From the NCBI GenBank assembly GCA_038231275.1, contig JBBRLQ010000025.1, positions 49,973 to 113,972 of the forward strand: a DNA stretch of 64,000 nucleotides, in the 5' to 3' direction. The position numbers were made by a program, and so were the translations under genes. Origin of the DNA: Polyangiales bacterium (GTDB lineage Bacteria > Myxococcota_A > Polyangia > Polyangiales > Polyangiaceae). Numbering within the stretch: the first letter of the stretch is position 1; each line of letters opens with the position of its first letter. Shown here piece by piece: positions 53,096 to 62,710 of this stretch. The notes under the pieces are model-generated. The model had not been told where the DNA came from, made no database searches, and saw only the letters and a program-made list of their open reading frames with translations.

Positions 53096-54070
53096 CTACG
53101 GACCGACCCCGGTGCAGGCGTTGGTCGTCGCGATCACGTTCTTTAGGCAGATCTTCGCGACCGGATCGCACAGCCCGGACTTGCACTCGCTTCCGTCCGC
53201 GCAGGCCGCCGGGGAGATCTTCTTGTCAACGCAGGTCTTGGTGCCTGGATCGCACAGCGTCGACGTATCGCACTCGACCGACGACGCGCACGGCGCGCCT
53301 TGCGAACCGACCGCCGCGCAGAGACCGGCGCTCGGCCCGGACGAGACGCAATACGCCGTCGGCAGGCACGAGCTCGGCACCGACGCGAGGCACGGGCCCG
53401 CGACGTCTTGCTGCGGGAGGCACGTGAGCGACGCGGGATCGCAGAAGAGGTTCATCCCACCCTCGCACCCGTGCGGTGGCGTGACCTTGCACGGCGCGCC
53501 CTGCGGAGGCACCGGCGACGCGACGCACACCGGCTCGCTGAAAGGCTGCGCGAGCGGGAGCTGACCGCCGCCGTCCGAGCCCGGAGGCAGCGGCGAGCAG
53601 GATACGACCTGCCCGTCCACCGGCGCGCACTCTGCGTTGGAGTTGCACGCCGCGCCGGGCGGCTTCTTTCCCGAATAAATCTGCTGACACCTATCGCGCG
53701 CCGCCGAGATGCTCCCGGGCTCGGGGGCGCAGCTCGTCGTCTTCGCGTCGCGGACCTGCGCGATGCAGTCGCTGGCGGCCTTCGCATCGTAGTTCGCGAG
53801 GGCGGAGTTGTCGGCCACGACGCGGGTGCGAATCAGCGAGTTCCAGCCCGCGGTGCATGCGTTGTAGTCGAAGCGGACGGTGTTCTCGGCGCAGCAATGC
53901 TGAAGGCTCGTGCAGAGCGCCTCCGCGTACGCCGACGGAAAACGATCGGCCGATATGTAGATGCTCTTCAAGCTGGTTCCGCAGCCCGTCGGCGCGGTCG
54001 CCACGAGGGCCGCGGCGGCCGCAAGGGCGAGCGCGCACGCGGTGGACTTCGAGAAGCGCATGAGGTTCAC
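53096..54070 (-). CDS. Cys-rich myxobacterial-type lipoprotein
   Basis: Signal peptide ending PTGC; repeated G.AC....EC....C motifs. Confidence 0.78.
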   Translation of the reverse strand: MNLMRFSKSTACALALAAAAALVATAPTGCGTSLKSIYISADRFPSAYAEALCTSLQHCCAENTVRFDYNACTAGWNSLIRTRVVADNSALANYDAKAASDCIAQVRDAKTTSCAPEPGSISAARDRCQQIYSGKKPPGAACNSNAECAPVDGQVVSCSPLPPGSDGGGQLPLAQPFSEPVCVASPVPPQGAPCKVTPPHGCEGGMNLFCDPASLTCLPQQDVAGPCLASVPSSCLPTAYCVSSGPSAGLCAAVGSQGAPCASSVECDTSTLCDPGTKTCVDKKISPAACADGSECKSGLCDPVAKICLKNVIATTNACTGVGP

Positions 54071-54115
54071 GAGGAAGTGTAGGAGGCCGGGCGAGTGAGG
54101 TCCACAAAGCTGGGG

Positions 54116-54928
54116 TCAGCTTCCATTTCGGCCGAGGATCCCTTCCGCGAGCGCGCGACGGACGACGGTGTGCGTCGCGGCGTGCCCGGGGCGAATCGCG
54201 CGCACGGAGCCGACCGGCGGACCTCCGTAAAGGTAGAGATCGCCGAGGAGATCGAGCAGCTTGTGACGCGCGGGCTCGTCGGCCGAGAACGGCGCGCCCG
54301 CGGAGTGAACGGCGTCGGGCGCGATGACCACGACGCTCTCCTTGGCGACGTGCGACGCGAGGCCACGCGACGCGAGATCTCCAACGTCGTGCGCGAACGC
54401 GAAGGTGCGCGCCAGGGCAATGCGCGGGAAGTCGGCGGGCTCGCCCGACCAGGATGCCTCCGCGACGAGACGGGGATCCTCGGTCTCGAAACGAACCGTT
54501 ACCTCGCGCCCCGTGGTGGTGAACGCGTACGTGCTCCGGCCGACGCGAAGCTCGGCGTCGCGGAGGACGACGAGCGACGGTGGCGAGCAGGGGACCTCCA
54601 GCGACGCCACCGCACGCATCCATTCACCGGCCGCGCCGTCGAGCAATGGGAGCTCGTCGCCTTCGATCTCGATCGCGAGTCCGCCGCGAACGCCCAATCC
54701 CGCCAGCGCGGCGAAGAGGTGCTCGACGGTCGCGACGCGCAGCTCTGCGTTGGAACGGGCGACGGTGGTGGCGCGATCGGTCCCGACGACCTCGAGCTCC
54801 TCGATGCGCGCGCTCACCTCGCCACGACGCATCGTCACGGCCGCCGCCTCCGGTTCGCGTGAGAGCGTCACCTTCGCGGGCCGACCGCCGTGCAGCCCCG
54901 GTCCTTCGAGCACGACGCGCGCGCTCAC
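54116..54928 (-). CDS. lpxC: UDP-3-O-acyl-GlcNAc deacetylase LpxC (short, divergent)
   Basis: G.GLH.G, TVEHLFAAL.GL, ELP.LDG, ARTF, HKLLDLLGDL, GH. GTG start overlaps the upstream stop. Confidence 0.85.
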   Translation of the reverse strand: MSARVVLEGPGLHGGRPAKVTLSREPEAAAVTMRRGEVSARIEELEVVGTDRATTVARSNAELRVATVEHLFAALAGLGVRGGLAIEIEGDELPLLDGAAGEWMRAVASLEVPCSPPSLVVLRDAELRVGRSTYAFTTTGREVTVRFETEDPRLVAEASWSGEPADFPRIALARTFAFAHDVGDLASRGLASHVAKESVVVIAPDAVHSAGAPFSADEPARHKLLDLLGDLYLYGGPPVGSVRAIRPGHAATHTVVRRALAEGILGRNGS

Positions 54929-55584
54929 GCCTTCTTCTTCCGCGCGAAGAGCGCGAGAGTAAGGAACGCCAGGACCCCGCCCGCGACGCCCCACGCGGCA
55001 TAGAGCCACGCCGGCGCTTTGGGCGCGCGGGTCGCAACGCCGGTCGCGCTCAGGATTGACGCGTCCAGCTTCGGCTCCCAATCCGTCATCTCTTGCGCCG
55101 GCACCGACGCGGTGACGAGCGCGGCGCCGGTGTCGATGGGGAACACGATCTGCAGGACACGCTTCTTCGAGCCGGACTGCGTCAGCTCGCCGTCGATGAT
55201 CCCGACACGCGTTCCGTCGGGGCGCCGTCGCGTCTCGTGGCGCACCTCGGTCCACGTGGAGCCTTGCGCCGTGAACACGGCGGGCATTCCTGCGGCGAGC
55301 GCGCGCAGATCTTCTTCGTCGAGCTGCGGCGACTGCTTCGAGAACGTCAGGGTGATGTTCGGCGTCACCGGCGAGCCCGGCGTCACGACGATCCAGACCT
55401 TCCCCAGGTCGGGCACCGTCCCGAGCGCCTTTACGACGTCCTCGTTCGCCGGCACGAAGCCCGGAGGCGGCGTGAACACGAACAGGGCGTTGGCCGGTTT
55501 GTCGCGCGGCGTCGTGGCGAGCGGACCGACGAGCGCGGCGGCGGCAGCGACGACGAGGACCGGCGTGAGGCGAACCTTCTCCAT
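54925..55584 (-). CDS. Hypothetical membrane-anchored protein
   Basis: N-terminal hydrophobic segment, F.PP.GF, C-terminal TM helix then RKKK; lies between rho and lpxC. Confidence 0.72.
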   Translation of the reverse strand: MEKVRLTPVLVVAAAAALVGPLATTPRDKPANALFVFTPPPGFVPANEDVVKALGTVPDLGKVWIVVTPGSPVTPNITLTFSKQSPQLDEEDLRALAAGMPAVFTAQGSTWTEVRHETRRRPDGTRVGIIDGELTQSGSKKRVLQIVFPIDTGAALVTASVPAQEMTDWEPKLDASILSATGVATRAPKAPAWLYAAWGVAGGVLAFLTLALFARKKKA

Positions 55585-55592
55585 CGCGTCCC

Positions 55593-56747
55593 TCAGTCGT
55601 TCATCGACGCGAGAAAGGCCGCGTTGTCTGGCGTCTTCTTCAGCTTCTCGAGGAGGAACTCCATGCTGTCCGTGACGCCGAGCGGGTGGAGCAGTTGCCG
55701 GAGGAGCCACACGCGCGTCAAATCCCGCTCGGGGATGAGCAGCTCCTCTTTGCGGGTGCCGCTCTTCGCGATGTCGAGGCAGGGAAAAATCCGGCGTTCC
55801 ATGAGCTTCCGATCGAGGTGGACCTCGCAGTTTCCGGTGCCCTTGAACTCCTCGAAGATGACCTCGTCCATGCGCGATCCGGTCTCGACGAGCGCCGTCG
55901 CGATGATGGTCAGGCTCCCGCCCTCCTCCACGTTGCGCGCGGCCCCGAAGAAGCGCTTCGGTTTGTGGAGCGCTTGCGAGTCGAGCCCGCCCGAGAGCAG
56001 CTTTCCGCTGGGCGGCACGACCGCGTTGTACGCGCGGGCGAGGCGCGTGATCGAGTCGAGGAGGATGACGACGTCGTGCTTCTGCTCGACGAGGCGCTTG
56101 GCCTTCTCGAGCACCATCTCGGCGACCTGGACGTGGCGGGCTGCCGGCTCGTCGAACGTCGAGGAGACGACCTCCGCGTCGACGGTGCGCTGCATGTCGG
56201 TCACCTCCTCGGGCCGCTCGTCGATGAGCAAGACGAGGAGGTCGACCTTGGGGTGATTGGCCCGAATCGCGTTGGCGAGGCTTTGCATCAGCACCGTCTT
56301 GCCGGCGCGCGGCGGCGAGACGATGAGGCACCGCTGGCCCATCCCGATGGGGACGACGACGTCGAGCGCGCGGAGCGGGAGGTTCTTCGCCGGCGTGAGC
56401 GCCGCTTGCTCGAGGGCGAATTTGCGGTTCGGGTAGAGCGGCGTCAGATCGTCGAAGACGATCTTGGCGCGGTCCGGAACCGCCGCCTCCCCGTTGATGC
56501 GATCGACCTTCACGAGCGCGAAGTACCGCTCGCCGTCCTTGGGGGGCCGGATCGCGCCGGCGACGGTGTCCCCCGTGCGGAGGCCGAAGCGCCGGACCTG
56601 CGTCTGGGAGACGTACACGTCGTCGGGTCCGGGCAGGTAGCTCGCGGCGCTCGCGCGGAGAAAGCCGAAGCCGTCGCCCACGCACTCGAGCACCCCTTCC
56701 CCTTCGCGGGGCTCGGTCGAGTCGGGCTTTGGGCCGGTGACGTGCAT
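55593..56747 (-). CDS. rho: Transcription termination factor Rho, lacking the N-terminal helical subdomain
   Basis: GVLE...[58 protein letters not shown]. Confidence 0.93.
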   Translation of the reverse strand: MHVTGPKPDSTEPREGEGVLECVGDGFGFLRASAASYLPGPDDVYVSQTQVRRFGLRTGDTVAGAIRPPKDGERYFALVKVDRINGEAAVPDRAKIVFDDLTPLYPNRKFALEQAALTPAKNLPLRALDVVVPIGMGQRCLIVSPPRAGKTVLMQSLANAIRANHPKVDLLVLLIDERPEEVTDMQRTVDAEVVSSTFDEPAARHVQVAEMVLEKAKRLVEQKHDVVILLDSITRLARAYNAVVPPSGKLLSGGLDSQALHKPKRFFGAARNVEEGGSLTIIATALVETGSRMDEVIFEEFKGTGNCEVHLDRKLMERRIFPCLDIAKSGTRKEELLIPERDLTRVWLLRQLLHPLGVTDSMEFLLEKLKKTPDNAAFLASMND

Positions 56748-56851
56748 GGATGACCGGGCGTGCTCGTACTACAGGCATCGCCCTCGCGCCATGCTCCGCG
56801 TTTGCCGGAAAGGTTGCCCCGCGGGGTGCGATTGGGTAGACACCGGAGGAG

Positions 56852-57130
56852 ATGGCGAACAAGCGTGTTCAGCTCGTCATTCGCGGGCGCGTTCAGGGCG
56901 TTTTTTTCCGTGCGGCGGCGCAGCGGGAGGCCAAGCGCCTCGGCGTCACCGGCTGGGTGAAGAACCGAACCGACGGCAACCTCGAGATCCTCGCCGAGGG
57001 GGACGAGGACGCGGTGAAAGAGATCTCGATTTGGGCCAGCCACGGCCCCTCCGCGGCGCGCGTCGATCACGTCGACCAGCGCTGGCGCGGCTACACCGGT
57101 GAATTTCCCGACTTCACCATCATCGAATAG
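56852..57130 (+). CDS. acyP: Acylphosphatase
   Basis: GRVQGVFFR, GWVKN..DG, GP.AARV; GGAGGAG SD. Confidence 0.95.
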   Translation: MANKRVQLVIRGRVQGVFFRAAAQREAKRLGVTGWVKNRTDGNLEILAEGDEDAVKEISIWASHGPSAARVDHVDQRWRGYTGEFPDFTIIE

Positions 57131-57173
57131 GCTTCATCCCGGGCGCGTTCAGGATCATCGCGGAGGACCGGTC

Positions 57174-58625
57174 GTGAAGAAGCGGGTTGGCATCGGGGCC
57201 GTGTTGGCCGTCACCGTGGCGTGGGGCCTGCCCGCCGGGGCCGGTCCGACGCCCGCTCCATCGGCCTCGCCTTCCCCCGCGACGACGACGTCGGCCGCCG
57301 CGCCCGATGACGCCGAGATGACCGTCGCCGAGCTCGATCGCATGCTCGCGCCGCTCTCCGATCCGGACACGACGAAGCGCGCCGCCGCCGCAAAGGCGCT
57401 CCTCGAGCTCGGCACCGACGCGACGCGCGCGATCGAGAAGAAGCTCTCCGAGTACCGCAGGAGCACCCTCGAGGTTCAGCCCGTCGTCAAAATGGTGCGC
57501 GACACCAACCCCGGTAAGCTCGGCGAGAACTGGGACCTCGGCGAGGGCCTCCTCAAGCTGAAGGCCGACGGCCCGGCGTTCCGGATGACGATCGGCGCGG
57601 TCATCCTCGTCCGCGCACTCGCGCACATCGGCACGATGCCGGCGGTGCGCTTGATGGTGCCGGTGGCAATGGATCACGGCAAGGCGCTGATGACCGACGT
57701 GCAGCTCCAGCTGCGCGCGCTCGGCGACAAGGCGGTCGCGGCGTTGATCGAGTCGCGAAAAGATCCGTCCGGCGAGGTGCGACATTTTTCGACCGCGCAG
57801 CTCGAGGCGATGCAGAAGCGCCTGCCCGGCGAGGCCATTCAAACGAAGAGCAACCAGGTGCTCGCCGACGTCCTCCGCGCGTTCGGCGACGTGCGCGACA
57901 TGGACGCGATGAGCGTCATCCTCTCGTTCGTCAGCTCCGACCGCGCCGAAGTGCGCGCGGCAGCACGCGACGCGCTCGCGGCGTTCGGCCAAGACGCGAT
58001 CTGGAAGCTCCGCGAGGCGTACACGAACCTCATCGGAAAGCCGGCGCCCGAGGCGTGGACCGCCGATCAGGTCGCCAAAGAGCTGTTTGGCGCGTACGAC
58101 CGCTTCCGTTTGCAGGAGGTCTACTCACTCCTCGAGGACGGCCTGCACCGATACAACGAAGGCAAGCTCGAGGACGCGACGGCTGCGTTCGACAAGGTGC
58201 TCGCGCGACAGCCGCTGCTCGATCGGCGCGCGGAGATGGTGCCGGCGTACGTGGGCCTCGCGCAGCAGATCGAGGACAAGGATCGCCCGCGCGCGCTCGC
58301 GCTTTTTCGCAAGGCGCTGCGCCTCGATCCGGAGGGGCCGCGCGTCGGGCAGGTGCAGAGCGAGATCGCGTACCTCGAGGGGATGGATCTCCTCGGACGC
58401 GGGATCGCCGACGCCGACACGTTCCGACGCGCCCTGGCGCTCGATGGCGGCAACGCCAAGGCGCGCGCCGAGCTCGATCGCTTGGAGGCCGCGAGCGAAG
58501 TGCGCCAGGAAAAAACGCGCCGCTGGGCCGCGGGCGGCGCAGTGATCGCGCTCGCGCTCGCGTGCATCGTGCTGTTCGGCGGCGGCGGCAAGAAGAAGAA
58601 GCCCGCGGCGACGGCGCGCGCGTAG
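57174..58625 (+). CDS. Exported HEAT/TPR-repeat protein with C-terminal membrane anchor
   Basis: GGAGG SD, signal peptide, HEAT-like (EVRAAARDAL) and TPR-like repeats, TM helix plus poly-Lys tail. Confidence 0.78.
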   Translation: MKKRVGIGAVLAVTVAWGLPAGAGPTPAPSASPSPATTTSAAAPDDAEMTVAELDRMLAPLSDPDTTKRAAAAKALLELGTDATRAIEKKLSEYRRSTLEVQPVVKMVRDTNPGKLGENWDLGEGLLKLKADGPAFRMTIGAVILVRALAHIGTMPAVRLMVPVAMDHGKALMTDVQLQLRALGDKAVAALIESRKDPSGEVRHFSTAQLEAMQKRLPGEAIQTKSNQVLADVLRAFGDVRDMDAMSVILSFVSSDRAEVRAAARDALAAFGQDAIWKLREAYTNLIGKPAPEAWTADQVAKELFGAYDRFRLQEVYSLLEDGLHRYNEGKLEDATAAFDKVLARQPLLDRRAEMVPAYVGLAQQIEDKDRPRALALFRKALRLDPEGPRVGQVQSEIAYLEGMDLLGRGIADADTFRRALALDGGNAKARAELDRLEAASEVRQEKTRRWAAGGAVIALALACIVLFGGGGKKKKPAATARA

Positions 58626-58628
58626 CCG

Positions 58629-60053
58629 TCAGTAAAACGAGCCGAAGAACGCCGGCAGGGTGAGCTTCTGCGACGTCTTTCGCGCTTCGAAGCGCGCCAC
58701 CTTCGTCGTGCCCTGATCGGGCATGAAATAGACGAAGCGACCGTCGAACAAGGAGCCGCCGACCGGACCCGCGCTCATGGGGGTCATGTCGAACACCGTC
58801 CAGGACGTCGCCGTCGCAAAATCCGCGGTCACGTCGTAGCGGACCAGCAGCCGGTTCGGTTTGAAGTTCCTCGCGCCCCATGGCGTGAAGTAGACGAAGC
58901 GCCCGTCGAACGCAGCGCCCTGGAAGCTGCCGAGCGTCTTCGAGAGCGTGCCCAGATCCATGGCGGCCCACGACGCCTGCGTCGTGAACGTCCCCTGCGT
59001 GTCGTAGCGAACGACGAACGCCTCGGCGCCTCCCGGGCTCAGGTAGACGAAACGGCCGTCGAACGCGCCGCCTTCGAACGAGAGGCCGAGCGAGTTGAAC
59101 ACCTTGGTGTCGAACTTCGACCATGACGTCGTCGACGCAAATGGCTTGGCGGGCTCGTAGCGAACGACCACCCCGTCGTTCGGGGCGATGTAGACCGCGG
59201 TGCCGTCATAGACGCCGCCCCAGAACGACGTGAGCACCGAGGACTGCACCTGTTTGACGTCGAACGCCTCCCAGCCGGCGTTGCCCGCGAGGCGCGTGTC
59301 GTGACGAAGGAGCGTGGTGTGATCGCGCGGCACCAGATACGCAAATTGCCCGTCGAAGGTCGCGCCCGCGAAGCCGGTCAGGTTGGCGGCGACCGGGGTC
59401 GGATCGAACGTCGACCACGACGCGGCGTCGGTGAAGGTGGTCGTCGTGTCGAAGCGGACGACGAGGGGGCTCGACGCGTACGGCACGAACGTGACGTAGC
59501 GACCGTCGAACATCGCGCCGGAGAAGTGCGGCTGAAACCCCAACTTCGCCTTCACGTCGAAGCTGGACCACGAGCCGGCGTCGGCGAAGGGCAGGTTCGC
59601 GTCGTAGCGAAATACGATCGCGCCGGGCTGAGGTGCAATGTACAAATATCGGCCGTCGAACGCGACGCCCTCCGACCCCGGGTCCGCGGCGATGCCGGCG
59701 TTCACGGCGGTCAGATCGATCGTGGACCAGCACGCGGGCGACTTCAAATCGCCGGCGCCGGTGCCATCGAAGGGGCAGTTGCTGGGCGGCGCGTCGGGAC
59801 CGCCATCGAGCGCGCTCGCCTCGTCGCCGCCGTCGTCGACGGGCGCGCCGTCGGGCAAGAGCGCGGGGCCGTCGCCGGTGTGCGCGCCGTCGGTCGAAGT
59901 CGATCCATCGGAATCGCCGAGCTGGCGATCGTGGAGGCCGAGGAGGCCGTTGCAGCTCGTGGCGGAGACCGCGAGCCCGCCTGCGACCAGGACGAAGCGC
60001 GCGACGCGCGCCCGCGGGGAAGTTGTATTACCAATTTGTAATACAACTTTCAT
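58629..60053 (-). CDS. Lipoprotein with 7 G..FDGR..Y..P repeats (predicted beta-propeller)
   Basis: Lipobox ATSC, Asp/Gly linker, seven ~50-aa repeats. Confidence 0.82.
   Translation of the reverse strand: MKVVLQIGNTTSPRARVARFVLVAGGLAVSATSCNGLLGLHDRQLGDSDGSTSTDGAHTGDGPALLPDGAPVDDGGDEASALDGGPDAPPSNCPFDGTGAGDLKSPACWSTIDLTAVNAGIAADPGSEGVAFDGRYLYIAPQPGAIVFRYDANLPFADAGSWSSFDVKAKLGFQPHFSGAMFDGRYVTFVPYASSPLVVRFDTTTTFTDAASWSTFDPTPVAANLTGFAGATFDGQFAYLVPRDHTTLLRHDTRLAGNAGWEAFDVKQVQSSVLTSFWGGVYDGTAVYIAPNDGVVVRYEPAKPFASTTSWSKFDTKVFNSLGLSFEGGAFDGRFVYLSPGGAEAFVVRYDTQGTFTTQASWAAMDLGTLSKTLGSFQGAAFDGRFVYFTPWGARNFKPNRLLVRYDVTADFATATSWTVFDMTPMSAGPVGGSLFDGRFVYFMPDQGTTKVARFEARKTSQKLTLPAFFGSFY
60020..60049. promoter_or_regulatory. 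AT-rich perfect 12-bp inverted repeat; candidate operator or RNA hairpin
   Basis: AAGTTGTATTAC-CAATTT-GTAATACAACTT. Confidence 0.65.
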
Positions 60054-61109
60054 CTAGAACGCTCCTTCGAGGAGCGCCGCGCTCGGAAGGAGCCGGACGC
60101 GCAGGGCCGCCCGTGAAGGTGCGGCCGATCCCGACGGCGCCGTCAGCCAGAGCACCGCGCCACCGACCGCCATCACCGCGCCGACGCCGAAGACGACCGT
60201 AGCGATCGTCCCGAGGCGGCGCGCGGCGTCGGTGTCCTCTTTCCCTTGCAGATCGCACACGTCACCGGTGCAGTGGCCGCCGGTGCCGTTGTACTTGGAG
60301 AGCGCCATCAGACCGAGGACGCCGCTCGTGCCGACCGCCGCGAGGCCCACGCCGAAGACGACGATGCCGACGGTGCGTCGCGTGCCCGATGGCGAATCGG
60401 CGGGCGGCGGCGCAGCTTCACGCGTCGCCGGCGGAGGCGCGGCGGTCGGCGACCCGGCGACGGCGTTGGGAGCGGGTCCCGGAACGGGGACCGGCGGCGT
60501 GGCGACCGGCGCGTCCACGAGCGCGGGGACGCGGACGACCGCGGACTCTCCCGCCTTCGTGATCGTGACCTCGCCCTTCCACGCGATCTTGCCAGGCGCC
60601 GACGCGGTGACGTGCGCGGTTCCGCGATCGATTGGGATCTTCGCGCCCCACTGCGCGGTGCCGACGACGACGTCGTCACGACGGACCTCGAGCCCCGCGA
60701 GCGTGGGTGTGGCGACGACGATCTCGAGGCGGCACAGGCTCGGCTCGAGGCGCGTCGCGCGCTCGCGCGCGACTTTTTCGCGGCTCGCCTGTCCGCTGGC
60801 GCGCGCGAGATCGGCAACCTCGACGTAGCCGGCCCACGCGCTCGCCGTCTTGCCGACCGCCTCGTAGCACTCGGAGAGGCGGAAGCGCGTCCCCATCGCC
60901 GGATCGAGGCGCAGGCTCTCTTCGAGCTTTGGACACGCCTGCGCGTGCTTGCCGCCGGTCATGAGCTTGAGGCCCTCGTCGAAGAGCGCCTGCGCGGCCG
61001 CCTTGTCGCCCGCGGTGGGTGTCGGTGCCGCGAACGCCACGCGCGCGGGCACGGCACCGCACGCGACAGCGGCGGCGACGGCGAGCGAGCAGGCGAGACG
61101 GCTTCGCAT
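60054..61109 (-). CDS. Exported TPR + PEGA-like protein (myxobacterial kinase-associated type)
   Basis: AAAQALFDEG..L......ACPKLEES.RLDP..GT...L..CYE..G.TASAW; beta-sandwich region; C-terminal hydrophobic segments. Confidence 0.82.
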   Translation of the reverse strand: MRSRLACSLAVAAAVACGAVPARVAFAAPTPTAGDKAAAQALFDEGLKLMTGGKHAQACPKLEESLRLDPAMGTRFRLSECYEAVGKTASAWAGYVEVADLARASGQASREKVARERATRLEPSLCRLEIVVATPTLAGLEVRRDDVVVGTAQWGAKIPIDRGTAHVTASAPGKIAWKGEVTITKAGESAVVRVPALVDAPVATPPVPVPGPAPNAVAGSPTAAPPPATREAAPPPADSPSGTRRTVGIVVFGVGLAAVGTSGVLGLMALSKYNGTGGHCTGDVCDLQGKEDTDAARRLGTIATVVFGVGAVMAVGGAVLWLTAPSGSAAPSRAALRVRLLPSAALLEGAF

Positions 61110-61132
61110 GGAGACGTTGGACCTCGGGAGGA

Positions 61133-62593
61133 TCAGTTGCGCGAATTGCCGAACGGATCGGCCGGATGGGCGGGCGAGACCGCGCGCGGGTGAGGCGCGC
61201 TCGGCGGCGAGCCATCGGCAGCCACACGCGCGGCCGCCGGCGACGGAGCGGCGGCGTCGATCGCCTCGCGGGCAGGCGTCGGCTCGGGAGGCGCGACGGC
61301 GGACGTGGGCGTCGACGGCGACGGCGAAACGGCGGCGGTCGCGAGCGCCAGAGATGGCGGCGGGCTTGCGGAGCGGGCTTTCCAGGCGATTCCTGCTGTC
61401 GCGAGCACGGCGAAGGCCGCGAGCGCCAGCAGCGCGCCGATCGCCGCGCTGCGTCGTGAAGGCTGCCGCGCCACCTCGCCGCGCGGAGCCGGTGGGAGCA
61501 CGCTCTCGATGGGATCAGGCCCCGCAGCGCGGATCGCGACGAGCTCTCTCGCGACCGTCGCGCAGTCCGCAGGTCGCGCGTTGGGATCGCGGCTCAGCAT
61601 GCGCTGCACGAGATCGTCCAGCGCCGCCGGCACGTTCACCGCGAGGCTCCCGAGGCGAGGCACCGGCTCGGTGAGGAGCTTGGCGAGCACCTCCACCGCG
61701 TGCGCCCCCGCGAAGAGGCGGCGACCCGACACGCACTCGAAGATCACGCACCCCAGCGAGAACACGTCCGCGCGCGCGTCCGCGGTCTTCGCGCCGAGCG
61801 CCTGCTCCGGCGCCATGTACCCCAGCGTCCCAAGCAGCATCCCGGTGCGCGTCGCCAACGACCCGTCGCCGAACGCCTGCCGCGCGACGCCGAAATCGAT
61901 CACGGTCGCCCCCTGCACCTCTCCGCGCTTCAGGAAGATGTTGCTCGGCTTGACGTCGCGATGGATGATCCCGAGTGCGTGCGCGGCGGCGAGCGCACCC
62001 GAGACGCGGATCCCGAGGGCGAGGCACTCGGCGATCGTTAGCGGCGCGCGCTTGAGGCGGGCGGCGAGATCTTCTCCCTCGAGCCACTCCATCGCCAAGA
62101 ACGGCGTCTCGTCCGGCAGCCGACCATTGGACGTGTGCTTCACGATCGCCGTGTGCGAGAGCTGCACGAGCAGCTTGGCCTCGCGCTCGAAGCGCGCGCG
62201 ATCCTCGGCGCCGTAGCCGAGCGTCACTTTCACGGCGACCTTGCCGTCCGTCTCGCGATCGTGCGCGCGGTAGACCTCCGCCATTCCGCCCGCGCCGACG
62301 AGGCCCTCGACCACGAAGCGCCCCGCGAGGACGTCACCGGCCGTGAGGCGCGACGACGGCGGGAGCGACGACTTCGGGCCCGACTCGTTCTTGATCTCCT
62401 GCTCGAGGCCCGGCGAGTAGAGCGTCGCCGAGAACGGCCCGGCGTTCACCTCGTGCGCGGCGATGCTCGAGAGGAGCACGCGGCAGTCGCTGCACGTGTC
62501 GATGTGCGCGTCGATCGCCGTGAGCTCCGCCGACGAGAGCTTCCCGCCGAAGAACCCGTCAATCGTGTTTTCGTCGAGGCAACCCGCGCGCAC
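61133..62593 (-). CDS. Membrane Ser/Thr protein kinase with N-terminal zf-HC2-like zinc finger
   Basis: HIDTCSDC; GAGGMAEVY, VAVK, HRDVKPSN, DFG, YMAPEQ, DVFSLG; TM helix. Confidence 0.93.
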   Translation of the reverse strand: MRAGCLDENTIDGFFGGKLSSAELTAIDAHIDTCSDCRVLLSSIAAHEVNAGPFSATLYSPGLEQEIKNESGPKSSLPPSSRLTAGDVLAGRFVVEGLVGAGGMAEVYRAHDRETDGKVAVKVTLGYGAEDRARFEREAKLLVQLSHTAIVKHTSNGRLPDETPFLAMEWLEGEDLAARLKRAPLTIAECLALGIRVSGALAAAHALGIIHRDVKPSNIFLKRGEVQGATVIDFGVARQAFGDGSLATRTGMLLGTLGYMAPEQALGAKTADARADVFSLGCVIFECVSGRRLFAGAHAVEVLAKLLTEPVPRLGSLAVNVPAALDDLVQRMLSRDPNARPADCATVARELVAIRAAGPDPIESVLPPAPRGEVARQPSRRSAAIGALLALAAFAVLATAGIAWKARSASPPPSLALATAAVSPSPSTPTSAVAPPEPTPAREAIDAAAPSPAAARVAADGSPPSAPHPRAVSPAHPADPFGNSRN

Positions 62594-62635
62594 GACCTAC
62601 ATTATCACACGCTCGCGGGTGCGCCGGTCGCCGAC

Positions 62636-62680
62636 AAAAAGCGAAGCGCGGACGAAGCTCTCGCCTCGCCCGCGCGTTCG
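62636..62680 (-). terminator. Intrinsic terminator of the rpoA-rplQ operon
   Basis: Minus strand GCGCGGGCGAGGC-GAGA-GCTTCGTCCGCGC (GNRA loop), then TTCGCTTTTT. Confidence 0.8.
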
Positions 62681-62710
62681 TACCGACTTCGTTCCGAAAC
62701 GACGTGAGGC

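Noticed and set aside
53077..53099. GTAGTCGAG-CCCCG-CTCGACTAC hairpin between convergent genes
   Set aside because: A real 9-bp stem, but it overlaps a stop codon and lacks a U-tract; too weak to call a terminator.
61133..62593. Kinase as the T6SS PpkA
   Set aside because: About 11 kb from tagH, beyond housekeeping genes, in its own operon with a different domain architecture. There is no evidence of a link.
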